Assembly (NCBI GenBank): GCA_028534125.1
Contig: CM052839.1
Location: forward strand, 13,950,001-14,014,000
DNA length: 64,000 bases
Direction: 5' to 3'
From: Lama glama
Lineage: Eukaryota
The position numbers and the translations under genes were made by a program. Positions 34,212 to 46,200 of the stretch are shown piece after piece. Within the stretch, counting starts at the first letter, position 1. Every line of letters begins with the position of its first letter. Below the pieces are notes generated by a model. That model did not search any database, had not been told where the DNA came from, and saw only the letters and a program-made list of their open reading frames with translations.

Positions 34212-37200
34212 CTGGGGGAAGGGGTGGTGATCAGAGGTCTGGGGTCTGCCTGGCCCCTCCTTAGTCCTCCATGCCCCGCGTGACACAAGGTTGGCGAGAG
34301 GCCGGGGAGCCGAGGCAGCCCCTCCCATGGCCCCATCCAGCCACCTCACCCCAGGAAATCTTTCACGTCCTCCACCGTGACGTCCCCCGTTGTGTCCAGT
34401 GTGGTCTCGGCACTGGTGGCCGAGTCAATGGACATGGGTGAGAGTGTGGCCTCGGGCGGCTCCGGGGTGTCTGCAGGGGGGATGTGATCAGGGCCTCAGG
34501 GACACCCCCCCACACCTGGGGACCTGGGCACCCAGTCGCACATCTAGTCAGTGGTGGAACGCGGCATCGACAGCCCCCCTCGCCTCCTGCGTGGCACCCC
34601 CCCCCCAGGCTTCCAGCCTTAGCTGGCCTGCCGCCTCCCACAGAGGCCTGCCTGAGGTCTGGGCTGCTCCACTCTCATGCCCAGCCCTCCTCACCAGCTC
34701 CCGTGCTGAGGACAGGATCGGGGCTTCCATCACAGCTCTGGGGGGCCAGGACGATGCCCGGGGTCCCATTAGCCTGGCTCAGCTTGGGCGACTCTCGGAG
34801 CCTGCAGCTGCAGAGACGGGGCCGTGCTAGGGGCCATGGGCAGGCAGCTCACGGCTCAAGGGCAAGAACCCTGCCCTCCCGTTACCGAACCCTCGGCCCA
34901 AAGAGGGCTGTCCTGGCTTCTTGCAGATCTGGGCACAGACCTCTGGGGCCAGGGGCTACCTCTCCACACACCTGGCATGGGGGGCATCACGGGGCCAGCT
35001 AATATCCAGAGAGCAGAGCGGCTCTGTGATGTTCCGCGCACTCAGGGAAAAGCGTTCAAACTCCGACGGGGAAATCAAGTAAAAGCCTGCTCGGGGAGGA
35101 GGGGCAGAGTACAGTGAGGGAGGAGCCCCGGCGGGCAGCGTCCCCACCTGGAGGGCCCTTCCGCTGCCTCCCCGGCAATCCTCCTGGCCCCACACAGGTC
35201 CCCGCCCGGAGGCTGCCCTGGCCCCCCGGCCCCCCTCCCCTGCTCCCCCCGGGCCGCCCCCTCACCCTGGCCGTGCTGCGTGAAGACGCAGGAGGCGATG
35301 CCGCTGATGTCCTCCTTACGAATGCAGGCGTAGTGCACCTGGGGCCGCAGGCCGGGCACTGAGAAGACGTGCACGTCGCCCAGGTTGGTGAGGCAGGCCA
35401 GGCAGGTCTCAGCGTAGTCCTCGCAGGCCACGCTGGCAAAGGTGGCCAGAGCCACCTTGCGCACACGACAGCCCTCATGGGCCGTCAGCTTGAACTTGGT
35501 CTTGGCACTCACCTTGGGCAGTGTGAACACCTGAAGGCAGGTGGTGGCTGGTGAGCAGCGCCCCCACCCCTAGCCCAGGCTGCCGCTCAGACCCGCACCC
35601 TGGCCACACCACGTCCTCTGTCTGCACACTGCCCGCCCTGAGCTGCCGTCCTGACCTGACCCAGGCTCCACACCGGGGAACCTCCCAGCCCCTCCATGTG
35701 TGACAGAGCTGGTCACGAGCTCCCGCCAGACAGCCGGGGAGTGTTTCCAAGGGGGCCTGCGGGGCACTTGGGTCCCTGGGGGTCTCAGCAGCAGGGGTGC
35801 AGGCAAGGTGGGTGTTCTGAGGGCCTTGTGGTGTCTGGGAGGCGGGGGCCTGGCGGGGACTCCTGGCGGCTCACCTTGAACTGCTCCTCAGATGCGATGA
35901 GCACAGCGTGGCCACCCTGCATGTCAGGGGCCTGCGCCAGGTCCCGCGAGGCCTCGTAGGGCTCCGGCAGCGGGCGGCCACGTCCGTCCAGCACAGCGAT
36001 GGCCACCACGGGGGCGCGGTGCATCAGCTGCACCTCCTTGCCCAGCACGGCCTCCACCGCACGCTCCGGCCGTTTCTCACTGCCTGCCGTGGCCGCGGGC
36101 ACCTCCAGCGCGTAGGCAAACACAGAGCCCGAATTGGTGCCTGCCCACATGGTGGGTCCATGGTGGGCCGCTGCGGGGTGATGGGCCAGTGAGGCGGGCG
36201 TCTGCAGTTGCCTCCCCACCCTCCTGATGCCCAGGACCCAGGGCCAGTTCTCTCCTGCCCACAGCCCTGGTGACCTTGGGCCGTCCTCCTGCAAGGGCAG
36301 CAGTGCCCTTCAGGGCATCTGCACAGGAAGTCAACCGGCCCTTAAACTGGACCCGGCTCTCCCATACGCCCTCCAGCATCCCGGCAACGTGGCCACAGCG
36401 CAGAGCCCCAACACACCCCCATCCTGCCACTAGCCCTGCCAGCAGGCTCGGAATTGGGCCCCCACCCTGCAGGTCCCCTGCTGGCCCCTGCGATGCCCCC
36501 ACCCCTTCTCCACGTGGCACCCAGGTGCCAAGTCCTGTGCCTGGGCTGAGATACGTGCTGTCCAGCCTGCTTCCCCTGTGAGCTGGGCCGCTCTTAGGAA
36601 AAAAGAGGATTTTTTAGTGGAAAATCAGCTAAAAACAGGGGTGCGGATGGATGGGGTGCTCACTGCTCACGGGGTGGGGACAAACCCCAGGGAAAGTTAG
36701 TGGGCAACTCAAAGCCACGTTCTCTGAAGCCCAGCTCACTGGGACTTGGGCCCTGATAACTTCCTATGGGGACCGTGGAACCAGGTACAGACCCCAGGGC
36801 TGCCACATTCAGACCAGAGGGAAGGTCTGCCGGACAAAGAGGCCCCCAGCCAATAAATGACACCAGAAGTGGGGGCTCCCCTCCCAGATGGTGACTGAAA
36901 GACGCACCAATGAGCTGCCTCGTGCAGATGACCAGGACGCCAAACCCCTAGCTCTGAAAAGGCGTTTGGAGCTGCCCCTGGGCCGAGTGTGACAAGAAAC
37001 CCTGGGGTCGGCATCCACTCCAAGGGGAGCCAGGCAGGCTACAGATTACATCTGCTAAACACGGAACTACTCACATTCGGGCTTTCGTTCAGAGCGCCCC
37101 ACAAGACAGGGGGGTCCAGCAGCAGCAGCAGCCGGCCGGCATGGTCTGTGCTGTGTACGTGGCTGAAATGCCCCGTTGTAGCTCAAAGCAGTCAGGGACT

Positions 37201-40200
37201 TGGTCCATAAACCCGACTGCATCGTTCTCTGTGTGGGACCCTCCTGGGGCTCTGACCACTTGGGGTCAAAGCCACCTGGCTCTGCAGTGCAGTGGAAAGC
37301 ACCCCTGCCTCTGAACACCTGCCCTCCGCCCCAGCCTTGCGGCCTGGGCAGTCTCCCAACACACACCTGCCTTGGCCCTGGGGCAGCGCGCAGGCTCTCC
37401 GCAGATCTCAGGCTCCCTTCTCCACTCAGGCCTGAGGCCAGCCCGACTCACTCACCAACCCCTCACCATCAGGCTGTTACAGGGGCTGTCCCAGGACGGG
37501 GCACCTGTTGCCAGGATGGGCCAGCACACAGTAGGCACACGGTAAGGCTTTCCAACCTCCCAGAAGGCACGGCTCCACCCCTCCCTAGACTTACCGTCTC
37601 TAAGGAAAGTGTCGGCGAAGTAGAGGCAGCGCACGACGCCAGACAGGGAGTCGTCAGCCGAGCGGGGCTCGATGCGGCGCTGCACAGGCGTCACCTCCAC
37701 GTCGTGGGGCCCAGCCTGCTCTGCCAGCTGCGCGTTGGCCTCCTGCAACTGGGGTGGGTGTGAGGCTCTGGATCACGGCCTTCCTGTCCCCACCACCTCA
37801 CCCAGCCTAGCTCCGAGCATCTCCCCCACCGCCCAGCCCACCTTGCTGCCGGCGTTGGCAGCGCGCTTCTTGCCCGAGACGCGGCTCTTGCGGATGCGTC
37901 GGAAGGACTGGCGCAGCGACTTCTTGAGCGACTTCACCCGGGACAGCGGCCCCTCCATGGCCAGGGAGTCGTTGGGGTGCAGGGTGCACCTGGGGGCAGC
38001 AGGCGCAGGGTGCCAGGCGTTAAGGAAAGGCCCCAGCTCCTGACCTCCCGCAAACCCAGCAGCTAGGGGGCTCAATTCCACGTGCAGATCCAGCTGCCAG
38101 AGGCGAGAGGGGCTTTGAAGTAACCCCCCCACCGTCACCACACCAAGCCTCATCAGGGGAAACTGGGGCCTAGCCAGGTGTGGGGAGACACCTGTGGCCC
38201 AGAGAAAGCTGGGCCAGGCGGAGGCACAGGCTCCCGCTTCCCTGGCCTGCCCGCAGCACGCACCTAGCCAGCACGGGGCTCCTGCGCTGATAGTCAAAGA
38301 GGCCAAAGCCGTGACTGGTGCCGAAGGCCACAAGGCCCCACTCAGTGTGGAGCGTGACAGCGGTGACAGCAGCCGGTGGCAAGCACTGCAGCAGCACGCG
38401 GGGCTGGAAGCCGGCCGGCCAGGGCCGTGGCCCCGTGCGCGGGCTCAGCCGCTCGTGGCCCTTCCACGTGAAGCCCTCGCGGTCCTGGAGGAGGTCCACG
38501 CTGGCCACGCTGACTGCCTGCTCCGACGGCACATCACTCAACTCCAGCACCAGCACCTGAGCCCAGATCCAGGACGGGGGAGCGCTCAGTGTGGAAGATG
38601 GGCCCCCCACGCCTCACCTGCACCTGCAAAGCCACTGCCAGCGTGGCCCCAGGACTGTCTCATTCATCCACTGAATCAGCACTCACTGAATGCCTACTGT
38701 ATACAGGACACTGAGCAACAGGGCGGTGACCACAACTGTGCTCCCCATCCTGCCCACCCTGGGGACTCCACCACCCCACCTGGAGCCCCATTCCCATCTC
38801 TGGGCTTCTGCCATGCTGGTCCCTCCACCATTCTACCAGAAACTCCAGTGCAGGCCCCCTCCTCCAGAAAGCCCTCCGAGACCCCAACCTGGGGGACACC
38901 TTGGCCCCACCTGGCCTGCAGTGCCAGCCACCACCATCTGGGCTGTGTACTTGCAGAGCGCCACCTTCTGCACGCCAAGCCGGGGGTCGTCGCTGTAGGG
39001 GTCGAAGCAGCCCACCTAGGGGGTGAGAAGGAGCGGTGACACGGGGCAGGGCCGGCGCCAGACCCCCGGGGCCGGGCAGGGGCCCACCTTGCGGAAGGGT
39101 GGCCAGTCGTCCTCAGCAGCCTGGGCCAGGCTGTCGGCGTGCTCGCAGTCCGTCTGGAAGAGGCCGGCCGTGCTCAGCTTGTACAGCGGCCGCAGGGCCA
39201 CACCTGAGGCGTCCCAGAACCTCACGGTGCCGTCCTCGTGGCTGCAGGGAGGACCACATCAGGCGCACCCCAGGTCCCTGTGCCCCTGCACCCACTCTTC
39301 CAGTGACTGTTCACTGGGGACGAGCACCCATGCCCGACACTGACTGGACTCCCACCGCACACAGCAGACAAGAGGCACCTACTGTATGGGACAAACACAG
39401 TGAGCACCTACTGTGTGCCAGGCCAAAGCACCTGGGCCCCTCCCTGCAAACGGGGGGAAAGGTGCGAGAATAATCACCAGCGTGACGAGCAGGAGATGGA
39501 GGAGGGGCAACACAGGGGACAGAGGTCACGGGCTCCTCCCCCGCAGGGCCCTAAAGGGGCGACCAGGAGTCAGCTGGGGCACAGACAGGTCAGCTCAGCA
39601 GAAGTAGCAGGAGCCAGGTGGCCGGAAGCAGGGGGTGAGGGGCGCAGCCTCAGGACCAGCTGTGGAGCCCAGGTCAGAGCCCCTGGGTGGTGGTGAGAGC
39701 CCAGACCCAGGGCGGGAGAAGGTGAGGGAGTCTGTGGGGCTGGTTGGGACTCCTCCAGAGGCTCTAAAAGTCAGGCTCAGGAATTCTCAAGCAGGGGAGG
39801 GGATGCCAGAGTCAGAGGCCTGAGGGTCCCAGCGCAGGCAGACGGCAGGGGCAGGGCAGGAAGCTGGGGCCTGAGTCACTGGGCACGTCAGTGCCCGCCA
39901 GGCCCAGGCTGGGCTCTCCAGCACCTGCCCAGGGCAGCTCGGCATGGGCCAGCCCAGATTTTCCGGTCCCAAGGCAGGCTGAATGGGTGGAGCCCCATTT
40001 CAGGCCAAGAGAAGGGCTGGACCTTAACCCAGGGTCCAGGGAGGCTTCACCCCGGCGCACCCTGAGGGAGGGGTGATATCCCACCACGGGCCGGGCCGAG
40101 TCGGTGGGCAGGTCAGCACCCACCAGGCCCAGGACAGGCCCTCCTGCACCCACGTGGGCTGCACCAGGCTCTGCTCCCCACAGGCATGCGCACAGGCATA

Positions 40201-43200
40201 GGCACAACTCTGCATAGCCTACCCGGTCAGCAGCAGCCCTCGTTGCGATGGCTCCTGAGCCAGGTTCCGGCCCCCGGTGATAGGCCAGCTCTGGGAGACG
40301 GAAGCGGAGATTTAAGCAGAGGGTCAGAACAAATGTCTTCCCCTTCTCGCCCCAGGCGAGTGCCTCTGAGTTCCCCATGTACCCCTGCCACACTCCTGCC
40401 TCCACTGGGAACACCCGCCCTCCCCAAGACCCTGGCCAGGAAGATGCCCGGGACACACACCGAGGCACTGGAGGCAGGCTGGGGGCTCTGCTGCTCGCCA
40501 GCACTCACGATGCGCGCCCACAGCTTGGCAGGGACGTTGGCAACATGGGCCGAGCAGGTGATGGCGGACGAGTGCAGGGGAGCCAGGTACGGAGCAGGCA
40601 CAGCCGGCCAGCCTGGCGTCTGCAGGTCCAGCACCACCAGCTCCTCTTCGAGCAGCACGGCCAGGGCCTGGGGCTCGTCGAACTCTGCGGGATGGGGCGG
40701 GTGAGTGGGGCCACAGGATGCCGCTGGGGGAGGGGGTGGAGAGGGCAGGGCACTCACCGTCCTCAGGCCGTGTGCTGTGCACCGTGAAAAAGTCAATGAT
40801 GCGGGAGGTGAAGTCCAGCGTCACCAGGGTCTCGGACCGGAGCACACTCACGCAGTGGCGGTCGCCGTAGCTGGCGCGGGGCATGCCACCGCTGAAGATG
40901 ATGAAGTGGTCACTGCTCGGGGGTAGGGGAGCCACATGAACCGCCTGGCGGGACCAAACACCAGCCGCCCCACGAGCCTGGCCTCCCAGCAGGCGCAGCC
41001 ACCACGCCCCACCTACCCGGACGCACAGTTTCGCCACAGAATCTTGTTGATGGCTTTGCAGGGGAAGGGGCCTGGAGGGGTAGGACAGTGTCAGGCTCAC
41101 ACTCGCCGGGAGGGCCCCAGACCCTCATTTCTCACTGCTTCTCCAGTTCCCCTCCTGCCTCCATAGCTCCCGCCCACCCCCGAAGGGAAAGCCCACGCCC
41201 AACTGCCCCCCTCACCTCCGCAGCTTTGGCTGAGCACTGCTTCCAAGTCCCCCCAGAACCCCCCAACAAGACCAGGAGCCCGAGCAGCTGAGCCCAGGGT
41301 CACCGTCAACCCTGTGCAGGCCTCCCCCAACTCACCATAGGGCGTGGTGGCCACAGTGGGCTGCGCTGTCGGGGAGCCACCTGCGTCTGCAGACCAGATG
41401 GCATAGCTGCCATCGCTGTGCGAGCTGACCAATGTGCGGCCGCTGCGCTCCCAGCACACACTCTCCAGCTGCTGCAGGGTGGAGTGAATGGGTGTGAGCA
41501 AGGCAGCATGAGCAGAGGCCCCAGTGTGGCCGCCAGCCTCACCCACGCACCTGGTTCCCCAGGAAGACGCGGTCTGCACACTGCGCAGCTCGGTTCCAGA
41601 TGACCAGCAGGCCCCGGCTATAGCCGATGAGGATCTTGGTAGGGTCCTGCAGGTGTCCCTGAAGCGACTCCACGGGGCCCAGTGCCTTCCCACACCGGTA
41701 GTCGTCAGGCACGCTGTGGGGGGGGGGGCAGTGAGCAGGCGGCGGCTCGCCCTGCAGAGGGGGCGGGGAAGCCAGACGGCCTCTCACCTTCGCAGAACCT
41801 CATCTGGGCCAAGGGTCTGCCCCTCGAGCAGCATCAGGGTGGGAACGTCCAGGAAGTAGATGCTTCCGCCCTCAGTGCCCAGGGCGGCCATGTCACCAGC
41901 AGCCACCAGCAGGACCACTGTGATGCGGGCAAGGCTGGGCAGGCTGCTGTGGGGGCCCAGAGGAAGCAGGTGAGGGTGTGAGCCCATCCATCTCCTGAGG
42001 AGGGCGTGGAGGGGGCTGGGCTGCTACTGCCCCATGGCAGCCCCTGCACTGGCCGGCCCTGACTCTGCAGAGGGCCGGCGCCCCAGAGAAGTGGATGGTG
42101 GCGGCTAGGGCATCGTGATTAGCTCGCTCAGTCACTCGGCAGGATGTCTGCCGGGAGAGGTAGAAAAACAGGTCCCCTGGTCTTGGAAAGAAACCCGAAG
42201 CACCCCCAACCCATCTAGAGGGTAAGGTAGGAACCAGGCCCGCCTGGGTCAGGCCCAGGAGCCCCAGGACACACGGCCCTCCTGAGCCCCACCCAGGAAC
42301 CCCCACCCCCAGCCCACGGACGTCACCCTGACTTTGCAGGCGGGCTCTGGCTCGCTCCCCTGCAGAGGCTGGGAGACCCCAGGAATCTACCTGGGTTAGG
42401 GCAGGACGTGGGAGAGTCACCAGCCCCAGCACAAGTGGGACGAGCCTCTCGTCAAGCCCAGCAGGTGTCCTGCAGCCTGGAGGACTGACCCACTTCGGCC
42501 ATTTCAACAAGGGCTGGCGGGCCGGGGACCAAGAGGCCCCTTACCGTCTCCCCTGGGGTCTGAGCCCACCCTGTGGCCCCTGAGCCGTCCTGCTCCAGCT
42601 CGAGGGGCTAGAAGACCTGCACCGGCGCCGTCAGGTCCTGCCCCGGACACCCCATCGCCGCAGGGGCTACACCACACAGCAGGTGTGAGGGTTCTAGGGC
42701 CCAACATACACTCTCCTGTCCCCCGTCCCCTGATGCCCTGGTGGTCCCAGAGCACAGGCCCTGCCTGCTCACCTCAGATTCAGACAGAAACCCCATCTGA
42801 CACCTGAAAGCTCACGGAGCACATCTCTCTGGGACCCAGGCCCAGCTCAATGTGCCGCCACCCTGAACTCCAGCCCCTGAGGCAGCTTCCTGTCCCCACT
42901 GCACCCTACGGGCTCCCCCCATGTCTGGTAGCTGTCACTGGCTAAGTCCTCCAGTACCTGGCACCGTCGAAGCCCAGACGACTGGGCGGCTGGAAGCTGA
43001 GGGCTTCCTCCAGGTGGGCGCAGCCATTATGGTGGATGATCTCCCAAAGGTGGAGGCTACTGTCGTCCAGCAGAGTCAGGAGGCGGCCCTGGCAGGTGAG
43101 CGAGACCAAGACTGGGCTGGCCTGGGGCACGGGACGGCGGGGTGTGGGGGCCACAGGAGCCCACAGTGGGTTTGAGGCTCACCTGGCCGGGCAGGAAGTG

Positions 43201-46200
43201 CATCTGGGTGACAGTGGCTGTGTCTCGGTGCAGGCCCGTGAACTCCACGCCGGGGGCACCGTAGCTGAGGGTGAGGCGTCAAGGCTGGGAAACCAAGCTC
43301 AGGAGATACCCAAACCCCCTCCTTCGCCAGGGCCCTTCCAATGGGCTGTATCCAACAGGCCTGCCTATCCTGGAGCACTCCGAGGTCCGGGGACCCCTCC
43401 TGCACCCTCAAGGCACTATTGCGCGGCTCCACTCAGTCCTGCAAGTCAGTGCTGCCACTCGACTCTCACTTCCTCCCTCATCTGTAAAACCAGCTTTTAA
43501 CTCCTACCTTGTAGGGCTGACGCAGGGCCAACACAGGGCAGTTGAGAACAAAAACACTCACAGCATGCTTGGCCCGGGCCGGGCTCACAGCTCTCCGTCG
43601 GCCTCACGTGCGTCTGTGTGCACCAGAGTCGGGCCACAGGTCAGGATCACATGGGCAGAGGTGCCAGACCAGGCCTGGGAAGCCCATGATGGAGGAGGGC
43701 CCAAGCCAAGCCAGCTGGGGGAAAGGCCACAGGGGCTTGGAGAGGTTGGGTGACCTGCTTCAAGTGCCCAGGGCCAGTGTCAGAGTCTCAGTAACCACAG
43801 GCTTCACAGTGGACAGGCAGGCCGAGGGGCCCCAGGAGGGAGGACCAGGGAGGGGTCAGTGAAGTTGCCCGGAGACAACGCAGGAGCCGTTGCCTGGAGC
43901 TGGAGTTGGGATTCCCTGCAGGAGCCAGGAGAACACAGAAGAGGGGACAAAAGAGGGGGCAGGAGCTCTGGGCGGGAACCAGGGTCACCAAGGAAACAGG
44001 GCCAGTCTCAAGGGGGAGGGGCGGCTCCAGGGGCCAGCCTCAGTTTCCCAGACCAGGCCTTGGGCTAGGGTGGCCTGGGGAAAGGGGGAGGGCCTCGACC
44101 TCCTCTGAGGCTGCCTGCCTGCCAGTTCTTTGTGAGCACGAGAAGCCAGCCAGTGCACACGAAAGACCACACCACCAGGAGGGCTGACTGCGGCACCCAG
44201 AAGAGACACTGCCCGCTGTGATGGGCAGAAGGGGCTGCAGGACCACAGCACGCATGGCACAGGACAGCACCGTGAGAGGCGGGAGCAACAGGCCAGGAAG
44301 TGGGACCCCTGGGCCGGTGGGGGCTTGGGGGCAGGTAGCCAGGGCACTGTCCCCTCCCTGTCCCGTCCCTTGCCCCACGGATGCCTCAGAGGCCCACAGG
44401 AGAGGAGGGAGCACCGAGGCCCAGCCATTCTCATAAAGTGCCTGGCAGGTGCCCCCAGCCCCGGGTTGGGCAGACCCCGCCCCACACAGCCGCCAGCCAG
44501 ACCCTGCACCTGGGATCCCCCACCTGGCGTCTCACCACTCTGACGGGGCTGTGGTTCTCCACAGCAGGAAGGAGGCGTCCAGCTGCTGGCCCGCCCCGCC
44601 CCCCACTCGCAGGAAAATGCCCCTTTGTGCTGCTCACAAGCCCATTGTGCGGGGCCAGCGTCCAGGTGGGGCCGCGCTGCGCTCACCACGCCGAGCCTGG
44701 CACTGCCCCTGGGTCCTCGGAGAGACACACGTGTCTCCACACCCACACATGTCCGCATGCCCAGTCCCCAGGGTGGGCGACCCCACCGACGTTCCACCCT
44801 GGGCTGGGGATGGTGTGCAGCCAGCTCCCAGTCCAGCCTCCCCAGTCACAGCTGCTGGGATGACGGCAGGGTCACCTAGGTAACAGGCTGGCTACAGCGC
44901 AGCGAGGGGCAGCTGTGGCCCGGTAGGCCGACCCCTTGTCGTCCCTGTGAGGCGGCGTCTCAGGGCAGCAGCTGCGCCAGCCTCCACGGGAGTCAGGCAC
45001 CCGCCACGGCCTTGCAGGCGGCCTGCCCAGGCGCCCAGCGCACAGGGAGCTACCAGCAGGACTTCCTGACAGGCCAGCAAAGGATACATCTTGACGGCCC
45101 CAGACCTGGTGCCGATGGCCATGATGCGAAGCTCGGGGTCAAAGGCCAGGGCGCTAGGCTGGTTGGGGAAGCCATGCTCCACAGTCTGCGGGGAGGGGAG
45201 GGCGTTCACGCGGCCTGCGGCCCGTCGACCCTGAGGCCCGCCCGGGGCAGCCTCGTGCCACAGAGCCCTCAATAGGACATGCCTGAGCCAATGAGTGAGT
45301 CCTGCCCGAGCCCCAGGCCAGGGCCCCGACCCTCTCAACACTAGTGTCCACCCCACTGTGCGTGGGCCTCTGACAACACACAGGGAGAACAGTGCTCAGC
45401 GGGGTTCACAGAAGTGAACTGACGTTGCCCCATGGGGCAGGGCTCTGCACCCCACTCCTCCAGACAAACAAAAAGTCTGGCGAAGTCCAGGACGCTCCCC
45501 CAAACGCAGGCCCTACGTGGAGGTCAGAGGCAACACCCAAAGTCAGCTAAGCAGAAGCTCTTGACCCCCGCCCCTAGACCCAGAATCAGGGAGACTGCGG
45601 CCCAGAGAGAGGACACTTCCTGCCCAGTCCCTGAAGGTGTCACCCACCTCCTAGGCCTGGGTTCCCACCTGGAAACTGGGGGACATGATTCCCACCCCCA
45701 TCCACGGTGGGGATGGTGGGAAGGCAGGCTTGTGCACCGGGGACGTTGATGGAATGGCCCCCACCAGGTCCCCTTCTGCTGGCAGGGCCAGTCCCAGTGC
45801 AGACCGGCCCCAACCCCACCCTACCTACCCAAGGAGCCCCTATTCATCCCTGAGGCCTGGCTGGGTGCCCTTTCCGGACGCCATTCAGCCCCCATCCTCA
45901 GCACCAAGGTAGGCACCACACATGGCCTGCCGGTACCCTCTGACCGCAGCCTCAGCAAGACACACAATTTATAAGAAACTCTGGTCTCCAGGCCTGCGGC
46001 CCCAGCCCATGCAGGCAGGGACTGAGTCCTCTGCGCATCTGGCTTGGCCTTGGGCAGGTCTCAGCACTCTCCAAGCCTGGCTTCCCACCTGGGCACTGGG
46101 GGCAGGGAACCTACCTCAGGACAGAGTCGCCTGCTTGGCTGGGGTGGGGGTAGGGGAGCACCAGCACCACCATGCCCGTGCTGGACCTGACGGTGTCTGG

